A stretch of 64,000 bases of DNA from NCBI GenBank assembly GCA_951406725.2, contig OX597817.1, positions 134,416,001 to 134,480,000 of the forward strand, in the 5' to 3' direction. Of this stretch, positions 11,939 to 24,792 are shown piece after piece; position 1 is the stretch's first letter, and each line of letters begins with the position of its first letter. Origin of the DNA: Octopus vulgaris (Eukaryota). The position numbers and the translations under genes were made by a program. The notes beneath the pieces are model-generated. The model made no database searches and was not told the DNA's origin. It saw nothing but the letters and a program-made list of their open reading frames with translations.

Positions 11939-12319
11939 TGTATATTCTTGTTGCTTAAGCATCAGGCCATACCAAACATAACTCTGATCAACGCGACAGT
12001 CCGTCCATTGCTACTCAGTCTTTTTGCTCCAGACGGACATAGATTGAGAAGTACTTCATGCAAAAGTCCTTTATTTTTGTTTTTCTTTTAACAGTGTAAG
12101 CCGTCATAAAAAAGACATTGGTTGTCAGATATACAGGCTGAGTTGCTCTTTACTTGGGTTACTTATGCACCATTAGGGAATTTAAATTTTTACACCCTTC
12201 TTTGTAGTATAAACTTCTGAAGGACGTGCACATTTTCTAAGACTCCGGAGCGAGCGTGTTTGTGGGGTGTATAATGCTGTATATCGGGTAGGTCATATTC
12301 TGAATAAAAATACCCATTG

Positions 12320-12660
12320 CTCGAAATTTTAGGGGAGTGGGCCAGTCAATTAGACCGACCAGAGTACCTAAGTGGTACTTAATTTATCGAATCCGAAAGG
12401 TTGAAAGGCAAAGTCGACCTCGGCGGAATTTGAACGCAGAAAGTAAAGACAGACAAAATACCTATTTCTTAACTACCCACAAGGGGCTAAACACAAAGGG
12501 GGCAAAGGACAGACAAACGGATTAAGTCGATTATATTGACCCCAGTGCGTAACTGGTACTTATTTAATCGACCCCGAAAGGATGAAAGACAAAGTCGACC
12601 ACGGCGGAATTTGAACTCAGAACGTAACGGCAGACGAAAAACCGCTAAGCATTTCACCCC
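12320..12660 (-). mobile_element. composite SINE family B
   Basis: Two cores (GAAAGG.TGAAAG.CAAAGTCGACC) separated by a Tx1-like tail. Confidence 0.8.
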
Positions 12661-12727
12661 CTTAAGCCACAAGAATATTAACATTTCAATGCTGGTTTCT
12701 GAATAGTAGAATAAAATTCCACTGCAA

Positions 12728-12878
12728 AAGCGCAAGTGTTGCTGTGTAGTAAGAACCACACGGTTCCAAGTTCAGTCCCACTGAGTGGCACCTTCGGCAA
12801 GTATCTTCTACTATAGCATCGAGCCGATTAAAACCTTCTGAGCGAATTTAGTAGGCGTAAACTGTCAGGAGCCCGTCA

Positions 12879-12913
<35 letters not shown>

Positions 12914-13122
12914 CCGTGCACGCGTGCGTGTGTCGCCCACCATCGCTTGACAACCAGTGTTGGTGTGTACACATTCCCGTAACGTAGTAGTCCGGCAAAC
13001 GAGGCCGATGGAATAAGTATCAGGGCTTAAAACATAAGCACTGGGGTCAAATCATTCGACTAAAAATTTGTTCAAAGTAGTGCCCTAGCATGGCCGTTGT
13101 CCAATGACTGAAACAAGATAAA
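12728..13122 (+). mobile_element. tRNA-SINE family A
   Basis: Head, internal (TG)n and GTGCCCTAGCATGGCC...TGACTGAAACAAG tail. Confidence 0.8.
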
Positions 13123-13196
13123 AGTCACATAAACTGTGATTTAACGATAGAAAAATTAATGAGAAAAGAATTTAACAAAGTAACATATATGCTCAT

Positions 13197-13692
13197 TGTT
13201 TACATTATTTACATTTAACGAATATTTGTCCTTATCTTGTTTGTTGTTAACACAACATTTCGGCTGATATACCCACCTGCCTTCATCTGGTGTCTTGGGG
13301 AAATTTCGAACCTGAGTTCTCATTACTAAGGTATATTTTTTGATGTTATTATTACTGTTCAGGTCACTGCCTGGAATCGAACTCGAAATCTTGGGGTTAG
13401 TAGCCTTCGCTCTTAACCATTACGCCAGTAGTGGCGTAGTGGTGAAGAGCGCTGGCTACTAACCCCAAGATTCGGAATTCGATTCCAGGTAGTGTCCTGA
13501 ATATTGATAATAATAATAACATCGAAAAATACCTTAGGAATGAGAACCCAGGTTCGAAATTTCCCCAAGACACCTGATGAAGGCTGGAAGGTATATCAGC
13601 CGAAATGTTGTGTCAACAACAAACAAGATGAGGGCAAATATCTGTCAAATGTAAATAATGTTCATACTTCCTCATCTCTTAAATATAGAACT
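13197..13692. mobile_element. head-to-head inverted pair of tRNA-head/hammerhead SINE-like element
   Basis: Minus copy 13197-13427 and plus copy 13432-13692; each has an A box (TGGCGTA.TGG), a B box (GTTCGATTCC-like), (AAT)n and a hammerhead. Confidence 0.85.
13569..13614 (+). ncRNA. minimal type-I hammerhead ribozyme motif
   Basis: GACAC-CTGATGA-A-GGCTG-loop-CAGCC-GAAATGTT-GTGTC: perfect 5-bp stems I and II; other copies have palindromic GAAACGTT. Confidence 0.75.
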
Positions 13693-15499
13693 GTGTTAAC
13701 CTATAGGCTATTGGTTAAATTGATCATTTATTTCACCGCCTCATATTACATCAGAGTGGTCTGCATTTGAGTAAGGTTAACAGATTTTCATTCCAAATGG
13801 TTCTAACTCACAAATGTGCTGCTGTTCTTTTTGTCTCATCTACCATTCTTGTAACGATCTCTCAACTGGAAGTTTTCACCACATCCTTTCCGTCTTCTTA
13901 ACACATTTATCTCCTCCTCTCGTTAACCTAACAACATCGTAATTCAGATCCCACGCAAAACATTTTTCATCCACAGATATGAAACCTCCCTATCATTTTC
14001 ACGTCTGTCTTCGTTGTAGCTTGTAATTTTTTTTCTTGTTTTCGTCGTATTTTTCTTGTAGATTTTTCAACGAAGCACAAACCGCATCGATAGATGCTGC
14101 CTCCTCCCCACTCCAACTCTCAAATATACACATTTAATCAATTACTTGTTAGGTTGCTGATCGAATCAGACAGTTATGATGGATCATCTGCAGTTGATTT
14201 CGTTACATGAATAGTAAAGCGAAGAAACTCTCAAACATGATAACTAAAAATACCTGATCACAATCTATTTGATGTTTATTGACGATAGTTAAAAGAAAAT
14301 CTTTTCTGTTTTTCTCTTAGCAAGTGTCTAACTAAATGCCTTATCTCATCTTTAACACACTTTCAAACAGATTACTCCATGTTATGGAACGAGGAGTTTC
14401 AATCGAGATTTCTCCAGAAACGTACCGGTTGTTATACATTCCAATACATCACCTTAAATCGAATATTAGTTTCATTAGAATTAAGATCAATGCGGTCTGA
14501 ATCTCTGATTTTATCTGATCAAAAGGTGGAAATAACGAACTGATAAAATAAACAATGAACACGTGACGCATGAGTGAATAAATGGGTTGTTTCGGGTCAA
14601 GCTGACCAATCAATCTTGTGCATTTATGATCTGTAACAATGCAGCGTTTCACATGGATTAAGCCTGCTTTTATTGCATGAGGAAATGGTTCTAACAGGAT
14701 TAGGAAGACCACAAAATTTAAGGGATATGAAATATGAAACATAAAATTTCCAGTTTTCTCGTTATACTTTGTTAGGCTGACATGTAACATGAAGCATGGT
14801 TAATCGGATTAGTTCGAGAGAGAGAGAGAGAGAGATAAAGAGAGAATGAATCTTTAGGTGGTACACGGAATTAATATAATAACGGCCAAGTGTATACTTG
14901 ATTAGTGAGATGGTTTGAGAGAAATGGAAACAATTTGATGGAAATAATTTAAGAAAGAGGGAAAGGTCGAAGCATAGTGACTTTTAAACAACCTCAATTC
15001 CTATAATCTACATCGTATTTCACATCTTTCTTTCTTTTCTTTCAAATGCTGTTGTTTAATCTTTGCGTTGATACTAAAACCCCGAGATATAGCGTTCACA
15101 ACATGCATAACTGTGTCGAAAATCTCTCCATAATTCCGAAATAAGTATAATTATCTTTGCCAGAATGTATATTATGATATTTATTTATCGACCGGAAAAT
15201 CTTTCTTTCTGACAATATCTTCATCAAATCTGAAATAGTCTGTCTTTTACTGACATCGAACGCTTTTTACATCGAGTAATCTAAAATTAGGGAAGTTATT
15301 CTTCGCTGTTTGTTTTAATGAATCGATCATAATACTGAACGCAATATTAAGTACAAAACAAAACAAAAAAATATTATTTTGAGTTCATATAAATACAACT
15401 CAGCATAAAATTTCAGGTTAACAAAACGCTGTCGTTTATTTGCGTATTTCTATTTGCGCTTAGAAAATGTAAAGTCGCCTGGACATGACTGACTCGAGC

Positions 15500-15712
15500 C
15501 TTGGAACTCCTTCGTGCAGTCAATCAGTTTCCAAAGCGCATAAGCAAACAAGATCACAGCATAATCTCCGAGAACGAGATGTCAGTCTGTTGCCGACTGA
15601 CTCATTCATGGCTAAGTGGACCTGAGCAATGTGAAATGAAGTGTTTTGCACTACATCACAGTGCCCTGCTCTGGAATTGAAACCACCATCTTGCGATCGT
15701 GAGCGCAACACC
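15500..15712 (-). mobile_element. tRNA/CORE-like SINE, diverged
   Basis: Minus strand TTGCGCTCACGATCGCAAGATGGTGGTTTCAATTCC...CACTTCATTTCACATTGCTCAGGTCCACTTAGC. Confidence 0.55.
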
Positions 15713-16527
15713 TGATTTCAGGTTTATTTACATAAAACTCTGATTTCAGGTTTATTTACATAAAATTCAGCATGAAATATCGGGATGACAAAAAGCGATA
15801 ATTCATTTATTTGAACAAAGGCAATATGCGATCCTAATTTAATTGCCGATACTAAAATGCGTTCGTGTGTCGATATCTTTTCTATTTTGTGTTGTGTGGT
15901 TTTTCTTTAAATTTCTTTTTTCAGAGTTCTTTATGAGATAACGAGATCCTATAATCTATCTTTAATATGCAAAGGCTTCGAACATGCGCTGAATTAGTGT
16001 TCAGTTGATATGAGCCAGAGACCTTCGGAACATTATAAACCTGCCTTTGTAAACTGGTGACACTAACATAAAGTCAACAACGTTCGCCGTTCTAGCTTTG
16101 ATATTTTAGAGGTTTGGGCGCATTAAATGTGATAAAAGATTAGGAGTGTCTCTCATAATCTTAAAATTTCATCACGTGCAGAAAGAGTTCAGCAAGTACA
16201 GCTTAAGCAATAAAGAAGAGTGGAGAGAGTACAGTTCAAATTGGATACAAAGAGATAAAACGTTCAATTCTCACTGGATTGTGTCAGAAATATGTATTCA
16301 TGGAATTATTTCGTTGATACTATCCATGAAGTTTGGGATTTTATTTCTTTAAAAAGAACTTTCATTTGATCTGTATTTCTGAACGTGGATGACAGCGCCA
16401 CTTAACTGTATGGAGGTGCTGGATGTTTGGAACAGTAGAGATATTTCATAGAAAAATAAAAACCTCTTAAATCAGATACAAAATAAAAATATTTATTTTT
16501 CAAACATAACTTGCAATGATAAAAATT

Positions 16528-17330
16528 CTTTCTACCATAAGCATAAGGCCCTACTATATTTTGGGGAGGATGACAGTCGATTACATCGATCCCATTATGG
16601 TACTTACTTAATCGACCGCGAAAGGATGAAAGATAAAATTAACCTCGGCATCATTTGAACTCGGAAAGTAAGAACGGAAAGAAATGCTGCTTAGTCTTTA
16701 TTCCTGCTTACTAAACCTTCTGCCAACCCACTGCCTTAATAATGGGAATAATTGTTTCAAATTTTGGCAGAGAGTCCAGCAAGTTCGGGGTAGGGGACAA
16801 GTTGATTACATCGACGCTAGTACTCATATGGTACTTGTTTTATCCATCCTGGAACTATGAAAGACGGACGAAATACCGCTAAAAATTTTGACTTGCGTGG
16901 TAACGATTCTACCAAATTGCTACCTTAATAATAAAAGAAATAATAAAAATAATAACAACCCTGTGTAATATAGACGTATGGCCTGGAAATTGGGAGGAGG
17001 GGTAAGTCGATCACATCGGCCCCAGTACTCCACTGGTACTTATTTTATCAACTCCTGGAAGGATGAAGGGCAATGTCGTCTTCCGCGAAATTTGAAAGAA
17101 TCATAGACGACCTCCGAGTAGTGGAATGGCAGAATCGTCAGAGCGACAGAAAAACAGTGCTTTCTGATAAATGTTACGGTTCTTTATGTTCTGAATTCAA
17201 ATCCCATTGAGTGAAGTTTTACCCTTCATCCTTTTGGTATCGATAAGATAAAATACCAGTCATATACTTGGGTTGATGTTATTGACTAATATACATCGCT
17301 CATAATTGCTTGCCTTCTACCTTCATCAGA
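16528..17330. mobile_element. cluster of four diverged family B SINEs
   Basis: Repeated GTCGAT.ACATCG...TGGTACTT...GGATGAAAG motifs; three minus-strand copies and one plus-strand copy. Confidence 0.7.
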
Positions 17331-18112
17331 AAGCCTAATAAATCATCACCTTGGTGAATATTTCACATAACATTATCTAAAATCACTTGAATCACACATT
17401 TCCTTTTTTCAGCATTTCTTCGCTGGAAATTAGTTTATCGACCCCAGAAAGATCAAAGCAAAAGCGGCTTTCAAGATTTAGTGTCAAATGCTTTAGATAC
17501 GCGTCGAGAGGGTCAACAAATTTCCGACGCTGGAACAACTTTTTACAGCAGTGTGGAATGTCTACCAATAACGAAAGTTTAAAGAGCACGAAACAATTCG
17601 GTATAATGGACTAAAAATCATTAAATCTATTTTTATTTAGCTATATTTAATTGTTTTGCAAAATACTCAAAATAAAACAATACATGAAGATGGCATCTTT
17701 TGTGGTTTAAATTTTTAAATTATCAATCTGACACAATGTTTCAAAACGGAAAATTGTTGATACATTTAGGAAACAAAGACAGCAGAGAAATCACTTCAAA
17801 TTCTCGTAAAATATATAAAAAAAACTCTAGTTTGAAGTAATGTAAACAGGGAAGAACATGTATAGAGGTGTTTCTTAATAACTAAAATAATCAACCACAG
17901 AGTTATAAGATAAAGATACGAGGGTAAAACAACTTACCTGAACGAAGTCAACAAAGTTCTTCAGATCTCTACGGTAAAAACTCTCCCTGAACAGAACTGT
18001 TTATATTTTACGAGCATTTTTTAAAGACTCTTTATAGACATAAAAAATAGAAATCATTGTTTTAGCTAACAGTGAGCGTGCATCAATGTAATACAGAATA
18101 AATCCTTTGTAG

Positions 18113-18295
18113 AGCGGCGAGCTGGTCGAAATGTTTAGCTGTATTTTGCCTGCCGTTACTTTGTCTTTCATCCTTTCGGTGTCGATAAATTAAGTACCAA
18201 TTACACACTGTAGTCGATGTAGTCGACTTAATACCTTTGTCTGTCCTTGTTTGTTTCCCCTATGTTTAGCCCGCTGTGGGCAATAAATAAATAAA
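18113..18295 (+). mobile_element. family B SINE with Tx1-like tail
   Basis: GCGGCGAGCTGG head; TCATCCTTTCGGTGTCGATAAATTAAGTACC core; TGTGGGCAATAAA tail. Confidence 0.7.
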
Positions 18296-18569
18296 TAGAG
18301 AACATGTCCTGTGTGTTTAATCCTAGTTTAGGTATATAATAAAAGTTGTCTGTTTAGGGTAGATTATAAACATTACGAAAGGGGTACTGAAGAGTTCCTA
18401 GCTTTGGGTAAAAAAAAACACAGGAGGGCGGTTAATTATGATTCTATTCAGCATAGTCTCCACACAGATTCACACACTTTCTGCAGCGGTCCTTCAGTTT
18501 TTCTAAGCCTTGTAAAAGAAGTTGGAAGGTTGGACCTCAAACCAGGAACTTTCAGCAGCCGTTCATCCA

Positions 18570-19260
18570 CCTTAAGCAGTTTTAATATTATTATCTCTAA
18601 GGCAAAAAGATTTAACCGTTTTTCTTTCAGCTCTTGAAGTTGTGAGTTCAAATCACGCTGAGGACCAGTTTGGCTTTCATTCGTCTGAGGTCGAAAAAAT
18701 AAAATAATAATCCAGAACAGTAATCGACTAAACTCCTCCCTAAAATTGCTGGCGTTGTGCCTCTTGTAAAATAAGTTGTTATTTGCAGAGCCGAGGCTGA
18801 GCAGAATCGTTAGTGCGTCAGCAGCCGAATTGTGTGTGAGTATTTGTTGCCAGTCTTTATGTTTTGAGATTAAAACTTCAACAAGATCGAATAGGCCTTT
18901 CATTCTTCTGTCACACATCAAATAAAGTGTCAGTCAATAGTGGTTTCAAGTTTAGGCAAAAGGCCAATAATTTGCGGTGGTGAGGATTTAAGTCGATTAC
19001 ATCAATCCAAGTAATCAATCGGTATTTTGTTTATCGATCCCGAAAGGATGAAAAGCAAGGCTGACCTCGGCGAATTTGTTATATCGGTTTCAAATTTTGG
19101 CACAAGGCCAGCAATTTTAGGAGAGGGGTAAGTGGATTACGTTGACACCAATATTTAACCGCTACATACTCTATCGGCCCCCAAAGCAAGTAAGGCAATT
19201 TGAGCTCAGCAGTAAAGACAGACTAAAAGCTGCAAACGATTATATCAGCTCGCCACATTA
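18570..19260. mobile_element. cluster of old family B SINE copies
   Basis: GAGTTCAAATC B boxes, CCCGAAAGGATGAAAAGCAAG core and GGTTTCAAATTTTGGCACAAGGCCAGCAAT tails. Confidence 0.6.
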
Positions 19261-19616
19261 GAGACCAGTCAATATTGAATCTATTTCACCGACGAAAATT
19301 TGCCGTCTCCTGGAAATGGGTGGCCTCGTAAGATTTAGAATACGACTTCCTAGAATTAAATGTTTTAGTGGGTAATTCAATAAAACATTACACTTTGTTT
19401 ATATAATCTCTTCCTCGCCACAATTTTTTGTCCTTACGTTTAATTAAATCATTTTTTTATCAGTAGTGATCGAACAACTTGGCCAACTTAAAGACGTATT
19501 TATATATTTATGTGTGTTTGTATGAGAATATATTATGATGTGCATACATACCCATACATTCCCATACATACATACATACATACGTACATACTTACATACA
19601 TACATAGATGCGTATA

Positions 19617-20491
19617 CAGGGTGTCCCAAAATTAAGGCAACCAACACATTTTGGTTCTGCCAAATCGAAATATGGTTATGTTTCGGGTCCGAGTATTGCA
19701 ATGGTAAAGGAAAACAATTATGCTACTATCACATTTATTCGATATGACTACCTCTGCGGAATCGAAACCTCTTCCTGGCGCAGTTTTGTGTAAGCGTCGA
19801 GCGAAGTATGAGGAGTATTCGAGACCCTCGACTCTAAAATGGACCAAACAGAAACATCCAACGGGGTGAGATCGGGACTTATTGAGGGTCATAAACCCTT
19901 GTCTATGATCGACGGAATGCTTTTCTGAATCCAGTTTTGTGCCTGTTTCGAGCGGTGAGTGGGTGCCGAGTCCTGTTAGAGGCTACAAGGTGCGCCTTTG
20001 AAAGTTCTCATTCGCCTGGGGAAGTAATTCAGCTTTTAGAATATCGCTAATGTATAGCTGGTTGCTTATTTTACCACCCGAGAGAAGGAAAAAACGAGGG
20101 AAGACCTTCCAGTGGCTGCCAAAGCTACGCGAACCATAACTGGCTGTGGATTTTTGACATCGATTTACGAGACTAAACTTGACAGATCACTCCAAAACAC
20201 CCTCATGTTGACTAGATGTTTGATTTTTTATTACTCTCGGTACATGTTTTGGGCACACGGTAAGCCAACGGTTCTTCTCTGTGTTTACCATCCCTTCGTA
20301 TTAGAGCTTCCGGCAAGAATGCCAAGCGGTACAGCATAACGCTTCCAACCTTCTGCTAGAGGTAGAGTGAATTGAGTCATGGTGCTGTTTTTTCTCACAG
20401 TGCCTAACTGACCATACATTATTGTGTAGTGGACAAAATCAAAAACAAACAATGCACGAAAGAAAATTATAAAATGACAACTTAACCATCG

Positions 20492-20494
<3 letters not shown>
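19617..20494 (-). mobile_element. maT/DD37D (Tc1-mariner superfamily) transposon remnant
   Basis: TA|CAGGGTGTCCCAAAA terminus; minus strand QDSAPTHRSKQAQNWIQKSIPSIIDKGL*PSISPDLTPLD with 37 positions between the two D; right end uncertain. Confidence 0.75.
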
Positions 20495-20556
<62 letters not shown>

Positions 20557-20557
<1 letters not shown>

Positions 20558-20750
20558 TTATGACCGACCGCTAGCCATTAAACCTTTTTTTTATTCTCTC
20601 TCTGTTTAGTTTCTCGTGTTTTTTTCTGTTGAAGAGCATAGGCTCGAAACGTAAAAGACTTTCTCACCTTTCCGAGCGTTACACTGATACATCTGCTTGT
20701 TGTTTACACACTTGTCTTCGTCTTTTGTTGTACTTTTTTAAAATTCCAAC
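20557..20750 (+). mobile_element. Penelope pLTR-like repeat with variant minimal hammerhead
   Basis: TTT-CTGTTGA-A-GAGC.TAG.GCTC-GAAACGTA-AAAGA; flanked by (TA)n; homologues at 40100-40270 and 42218-42360. Confidence 0.6.
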
Positions 20751-20818
<68 letters not shown>

Positions 20819-20839
20819 CATATACATATACATATATAT

Positions 20840-20879
<40 letters not shown>

Positions 20880-20938
20880 TCATATATAAGCATATGATTA
20901 AATAGACACACATGTATATCTATCTATGTATCTATGTA

Positions 20939-21009
<71 letters not shown>

Positions 21010-21256
21010 TATAAAAATACAAAATGGGACAAGAAAGCAAAACATCCAGGCAGTTATATGATACAAAAAAGGGAGTTTTCGTTCCTCAGTTGAGTTCCAG
21101 ATTATCTTTGCAATTTCGGCTGGTTATATCCGAGATTGCTCCAATCTGGCCCAGCCCAAGAGAAAACTAAGCTAAGAGCATTAGATTCCTTGGAAGAAAT
21201 CAGTGTTTTTTTTCTGTCCCAGCTTTCTTATAAATTCGCGGCGTACTTACATTTTG

Positions 21257-21309
<53 letters not shown>

Positions 21310-21313
<4 letters not shown>

Positions 21314-21570
21314 GTCATTAGACTCCAGCCATGTCGGGGCAGCACCTTCAAGGGATTACTCTAACGAATCGACACCGTTGCTTTTGTTAAAAGTCTGGCA
21401 CTCTTTCGTCGGGTCTCTTACAGTTTCCCTCAATCAAATCCACACACAACGCCTTGGTCAGCCTGTGGCTATAGTGAGTATAGTTGAAGGCACTTACTCA
21501 AGGTAGCATGCAGTGTGACTAAACCCGTAATCCTGCGGATGGGAAACAAATTACTTACCACACACCCGTA
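21310..21570 (-). mobile_element. tRNA-SINE family A, diverged
   Basis: TTCAGTCATTAGACT.CAGCCATG tail complement and body similarity. Confidence 0.6.
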
Positions 21571-21659
21571 TTATATCCGAGCTGACAATCCGGGTAAACG
21601 TGAAACAGAGTAGACTGCCGGTTTCCATATATGTCTATCCATCCAACTAATGTCATCGT

Positions 21660-22740
21660 CGTCGTCGCTGTCGTAGTCATTCCTCTTTCTCCAGAGGATG
21701 ATGGTTTTACTTCTGGTCCATGTTGGGTTGTTGATGTTCTAAAAGGTGGCTGATGCGTCCCATTCGGGGGGGGGGTCTTCGCAGGATCTTCTGCAAGTTG
21801 GGCAAGTTGTTCCTTGGAGGAGAATTGATCTGGGCTGGAGTTGCGTCTTTGCTTTCCTTCCAGTTCTTCACATTCGTTTCTCTCGAATGTTCCTTCACAG
21901 AGGTTAGATCTCCACAAGTTTCGATCTTTTGAACTTTCTGCCCAGTTGTTGAAGTCGATGTCACATTTTTTCATGCTGGTCTTCAACAGGCCCCTGCATT
22001 TTTCTTTCCTCCTTTATTTCCTTTCCTTTCTTTCAGTCGAGAACAGAAGATCTATTTTGGTAATCGGTCATCAGACATTCCAACACCATGCCTACCTCGT
22101 CTCAGTTGACTTTTGGTGATGTGAGCCTCGATACTTGTTCTTTTGTCTGCTTTCAAGACGCTGATCTTTGTCCTGTCTTCCCAGTCGACGTTCAGGATAC
22201 TTCATAGACATCTTTGTTGAATTTTTAGGCGCAGGAGTGGCTGTGTGGTAAGTAGCTTGCTAACCAACCACATGGTTCCGGGTTCAGTCCCACTGCGTGG
22301 CATCTTGGGCAAGTGTCTTCTGCTATAGCCCCAGGTCGACCAATGCCTTGTGAGTGGATTTGGTAGACGGAAACTGAAAGCAGCATGTCGTATATATGTA
22401 TATAGATATATGTATGTGTGTGTTTGTGTGTTTGTGTTTGTCCCCGTAGCATTGCTTGACAACCGATGCTGGTGTGTTTACGTCCCCGTCACTTAGCGGT
22501 TCGGCAAAAGAGACTGATAGAATAAGTACTGGGCTTACAACGAATAAGTCCCGGGGTCGATTTGCTCGACTAAAGGCGGTGCTCCAGCATGGCCGCAGTC
22601 AAATGACTGAAACAAGTAAAAGAGTAAAAGAGCAAAAGATGCTTTCAGGTGGCGACAGCCCGCTGTCCAGATTTCACATGCGTACACGAGTGTTGCTATG
22701 ACCACTGCTTTCTTCACAACTATTTCCCTGCCGTGAACAC
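21660..22740 (-). mobile_element. RTE LINE 3' fragment interrupted by a family A SINE
   Basis: KAVVIATLVYACEIWT...[SINE]...QQRCL*SILNVDWEDR...KTSMKKCDIDFNNWAESSKDRNLWR. Confidence 0.8.
22228..22633 (+). mobile_element. tRNA-SINE family A, full-length and well preserved
   Basis: Very similar to copies at 59517-59925 and 62115-62525; (AGTAAAAG)n tail. Confidence 0.92.
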
Positions 22741-22815
22741 TACCGATAATAGTACCAACTTCTCTACATGACCAGCTAATGTATGCACTCTGCAATATAT
22801 ATTACTAATATATTA

Positions 22816-23020
22816 AGGCGGCGAGCTGGCAGAAACGTTTGCACGGCGGGCGAAATGCTTAGTCGTCTGTCTTTACGTTCTCAGTTCGAATTCCGCCAAA
22901 GTCGACTTTGCCTTTCATCCTTTCGGGGTCAATAAATTCAGTATCAGTTGCATACTGGGGTCGATCTAATCGACTGGTCCCCTCCCCGAAATTTTGGGCC
23001 TTGTGCCGAGAGTAGAAAAT
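22816..23020 (+). mobile_element. tRNA-SINE family B, full-length
   Basis: GGCGGCGAGCTGGCAGAAACG head, core and GGGCCTTGTGCCGAGAGTAGAAA tail. Confidence 0.88.
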
Positions 23021-23067
23021 GATATATCTTACTCATATACTTTAGTACTGTTCCATTTAGTATATTA

Positions 23068-23260
23068 TTTTACTTGTTTCAGTGATTTCACTGCGACCAT
23101 GCTGGAGCAACGCCTTTAGTCGAACAAATCGGCCCCAGGACTTACTCTTTGTAAGCCTAGTACTTATTCTATAGGTCTATTTTCTCGAACCGCTAGCTTA
23201 CAGGGATGTAAACACACAAACATCGGTTGTCAAGCGATGGTGGGAGGAGAAACACAGATA
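23068..23260 (-). mobile_element. family A SINE 3' part
   Basis: TTACTTGTTTCAGT...CCATGCTGGAGCAACGCCTTTAGTCGA. Confidence 0.8.
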
Positions 23261-23281
23261 GGCAAATACACGCATGCACGC

Positions 23282-23314
<33 letters not shown>

Positions 23315-23801
23315 CACACAGACACACATATCGTCAAGCGTGCAAATCTAAACAATACCATTGGTCAATAACTGATGAAGAATTATGGATTTTGCGTTTG
23401 TCTCCCGTTCGGTTTTACAGTATACGTTATGTCGTGTCTTTATACATATTTTCATTTAATGTGTGTGTGTGTGTGATGACTGTGTACTCGTTAAACGTTT
23501 ATAACAATGGTTGACTAAATAAAATCTATGACAGCAATACACGTCGTGAAAACAATAATGGCGCTTGAATCCTACCAGTGATTTACAGAACTAGTTGCAG
23601 GTTCGAAATTCATATAATTTCCTTCTGACACTTCGCATGTTCCGACAGTCGTTGGAACAGGTCTTTCTATATGACTTCTATACGTCTTACATATTTAGAA
23701 GTTATATATGTATATAATCGTATATGTATATAAATATATGTATATATATATATATTTGTGTGTGTGTGTGTGTGTGTGTGTAAGTGTTTGTGTGTATGGA
23801 A

Positions 23802-24178
23802 GCACTCCGTCGGTTACGACGATGAGGGTTCCGGTTGATCCGATCAACGGAACAACCTACTCGTGAAATTAACGTGTAAGTGGCTGAGCACTCCACAGAC
23901 ACGTGTAACCTTAACGTAGTTCTCGGGGATATTCAGCGTGACACAGAGAGTGACAAGGCCGGCCCTTTGAAATACAGGTACAACAGAAACAGGAAGTAAG
24001 AGTGAGAGAAAGTTGCGGTGAAAGAGTACAGCAGGGATCACCACCATCCCTGCCGGAGCATCGTGGAGCCTTAGGTGTTTTCGCTCAATAAACACTCACA
24101 ACGCCCGGTCTGGGAATCGAAACCGCGATCCTACGACCGCGAGTCCGCTGCCCTAACCACTGGACCATTGCGCCTCCA
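23802..24178 (-). mobile_element. tRNA-SINE family C
   Basis: Head GGAGGCGCAATGGTCCAGTGGTTAGGGCAGCGGACTCGCGGTCG...TTTCGATTCCC; matches 47102-47460. Confidence 0.88.
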
Positions 24179-24601
24179 CTTGTGTGTATAAACACACATA
24201 TACAAAACATATCTATGTGTATATGTATGTTTGTGTGTGTGCATGTTCTTTTAAAAGTTAAATAAGTATAGCTTATTTGCCATTGGCTGATATCTATGTC
24301 ATGTCTGTTTGCAATCACTTTCCGTTTTACAACATTCGATATTTATTTATGTCGTGTCGCATTTTCTGAAGAACGGAGTCGTTTCCAACTGGATTCTAAA
24401 GGCAAAATGTTTGGTTCATTGCACCGATAAAGGCAAGCATTTTGAAGGATTCAATCTGCAACTCGTGCGGAACGCTTATGTTAAAACAGATTTTTATTTG
24501 AAAACTTCGGCTTACCGGCCGCTAGCTGTATCTGCGTTCTAAGCCTATATCGAGACATATGGGTTTATATATATATATATATGAATATATATATGAGTAT
24601 A

Positions 24602-24659
<58 letters not shown>

Positions 24660-24742
24660 TATACATATATATATATGTGAATATATAGATACGTATAAAT
24701 ATATGTGCATATATATTCATAAATATATAAATATATATATAT

Positions 24743-24792
<50 letters not shown>

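Noticed and set aside
14560-14612. CACGTGACGCA (E-box/CRE-like) plus CCAAT cluster in non-repetitive DNA
   Set aside because: Short motifs only; no transcript start or gene can be tied to them.
15712-15767. 28-bp tandem duplication CTGATTTCAGGTTTATTTACATAAAA
   Set aside because: Ordinary local slippage duplication with no sign of function.
21010-21260. TA-flanked segment with CTGAGGA and CCGAAAT on the minus strand
   Set aside because: Probably a repeat, but I could not fold it into a consistent hammerhead topology.
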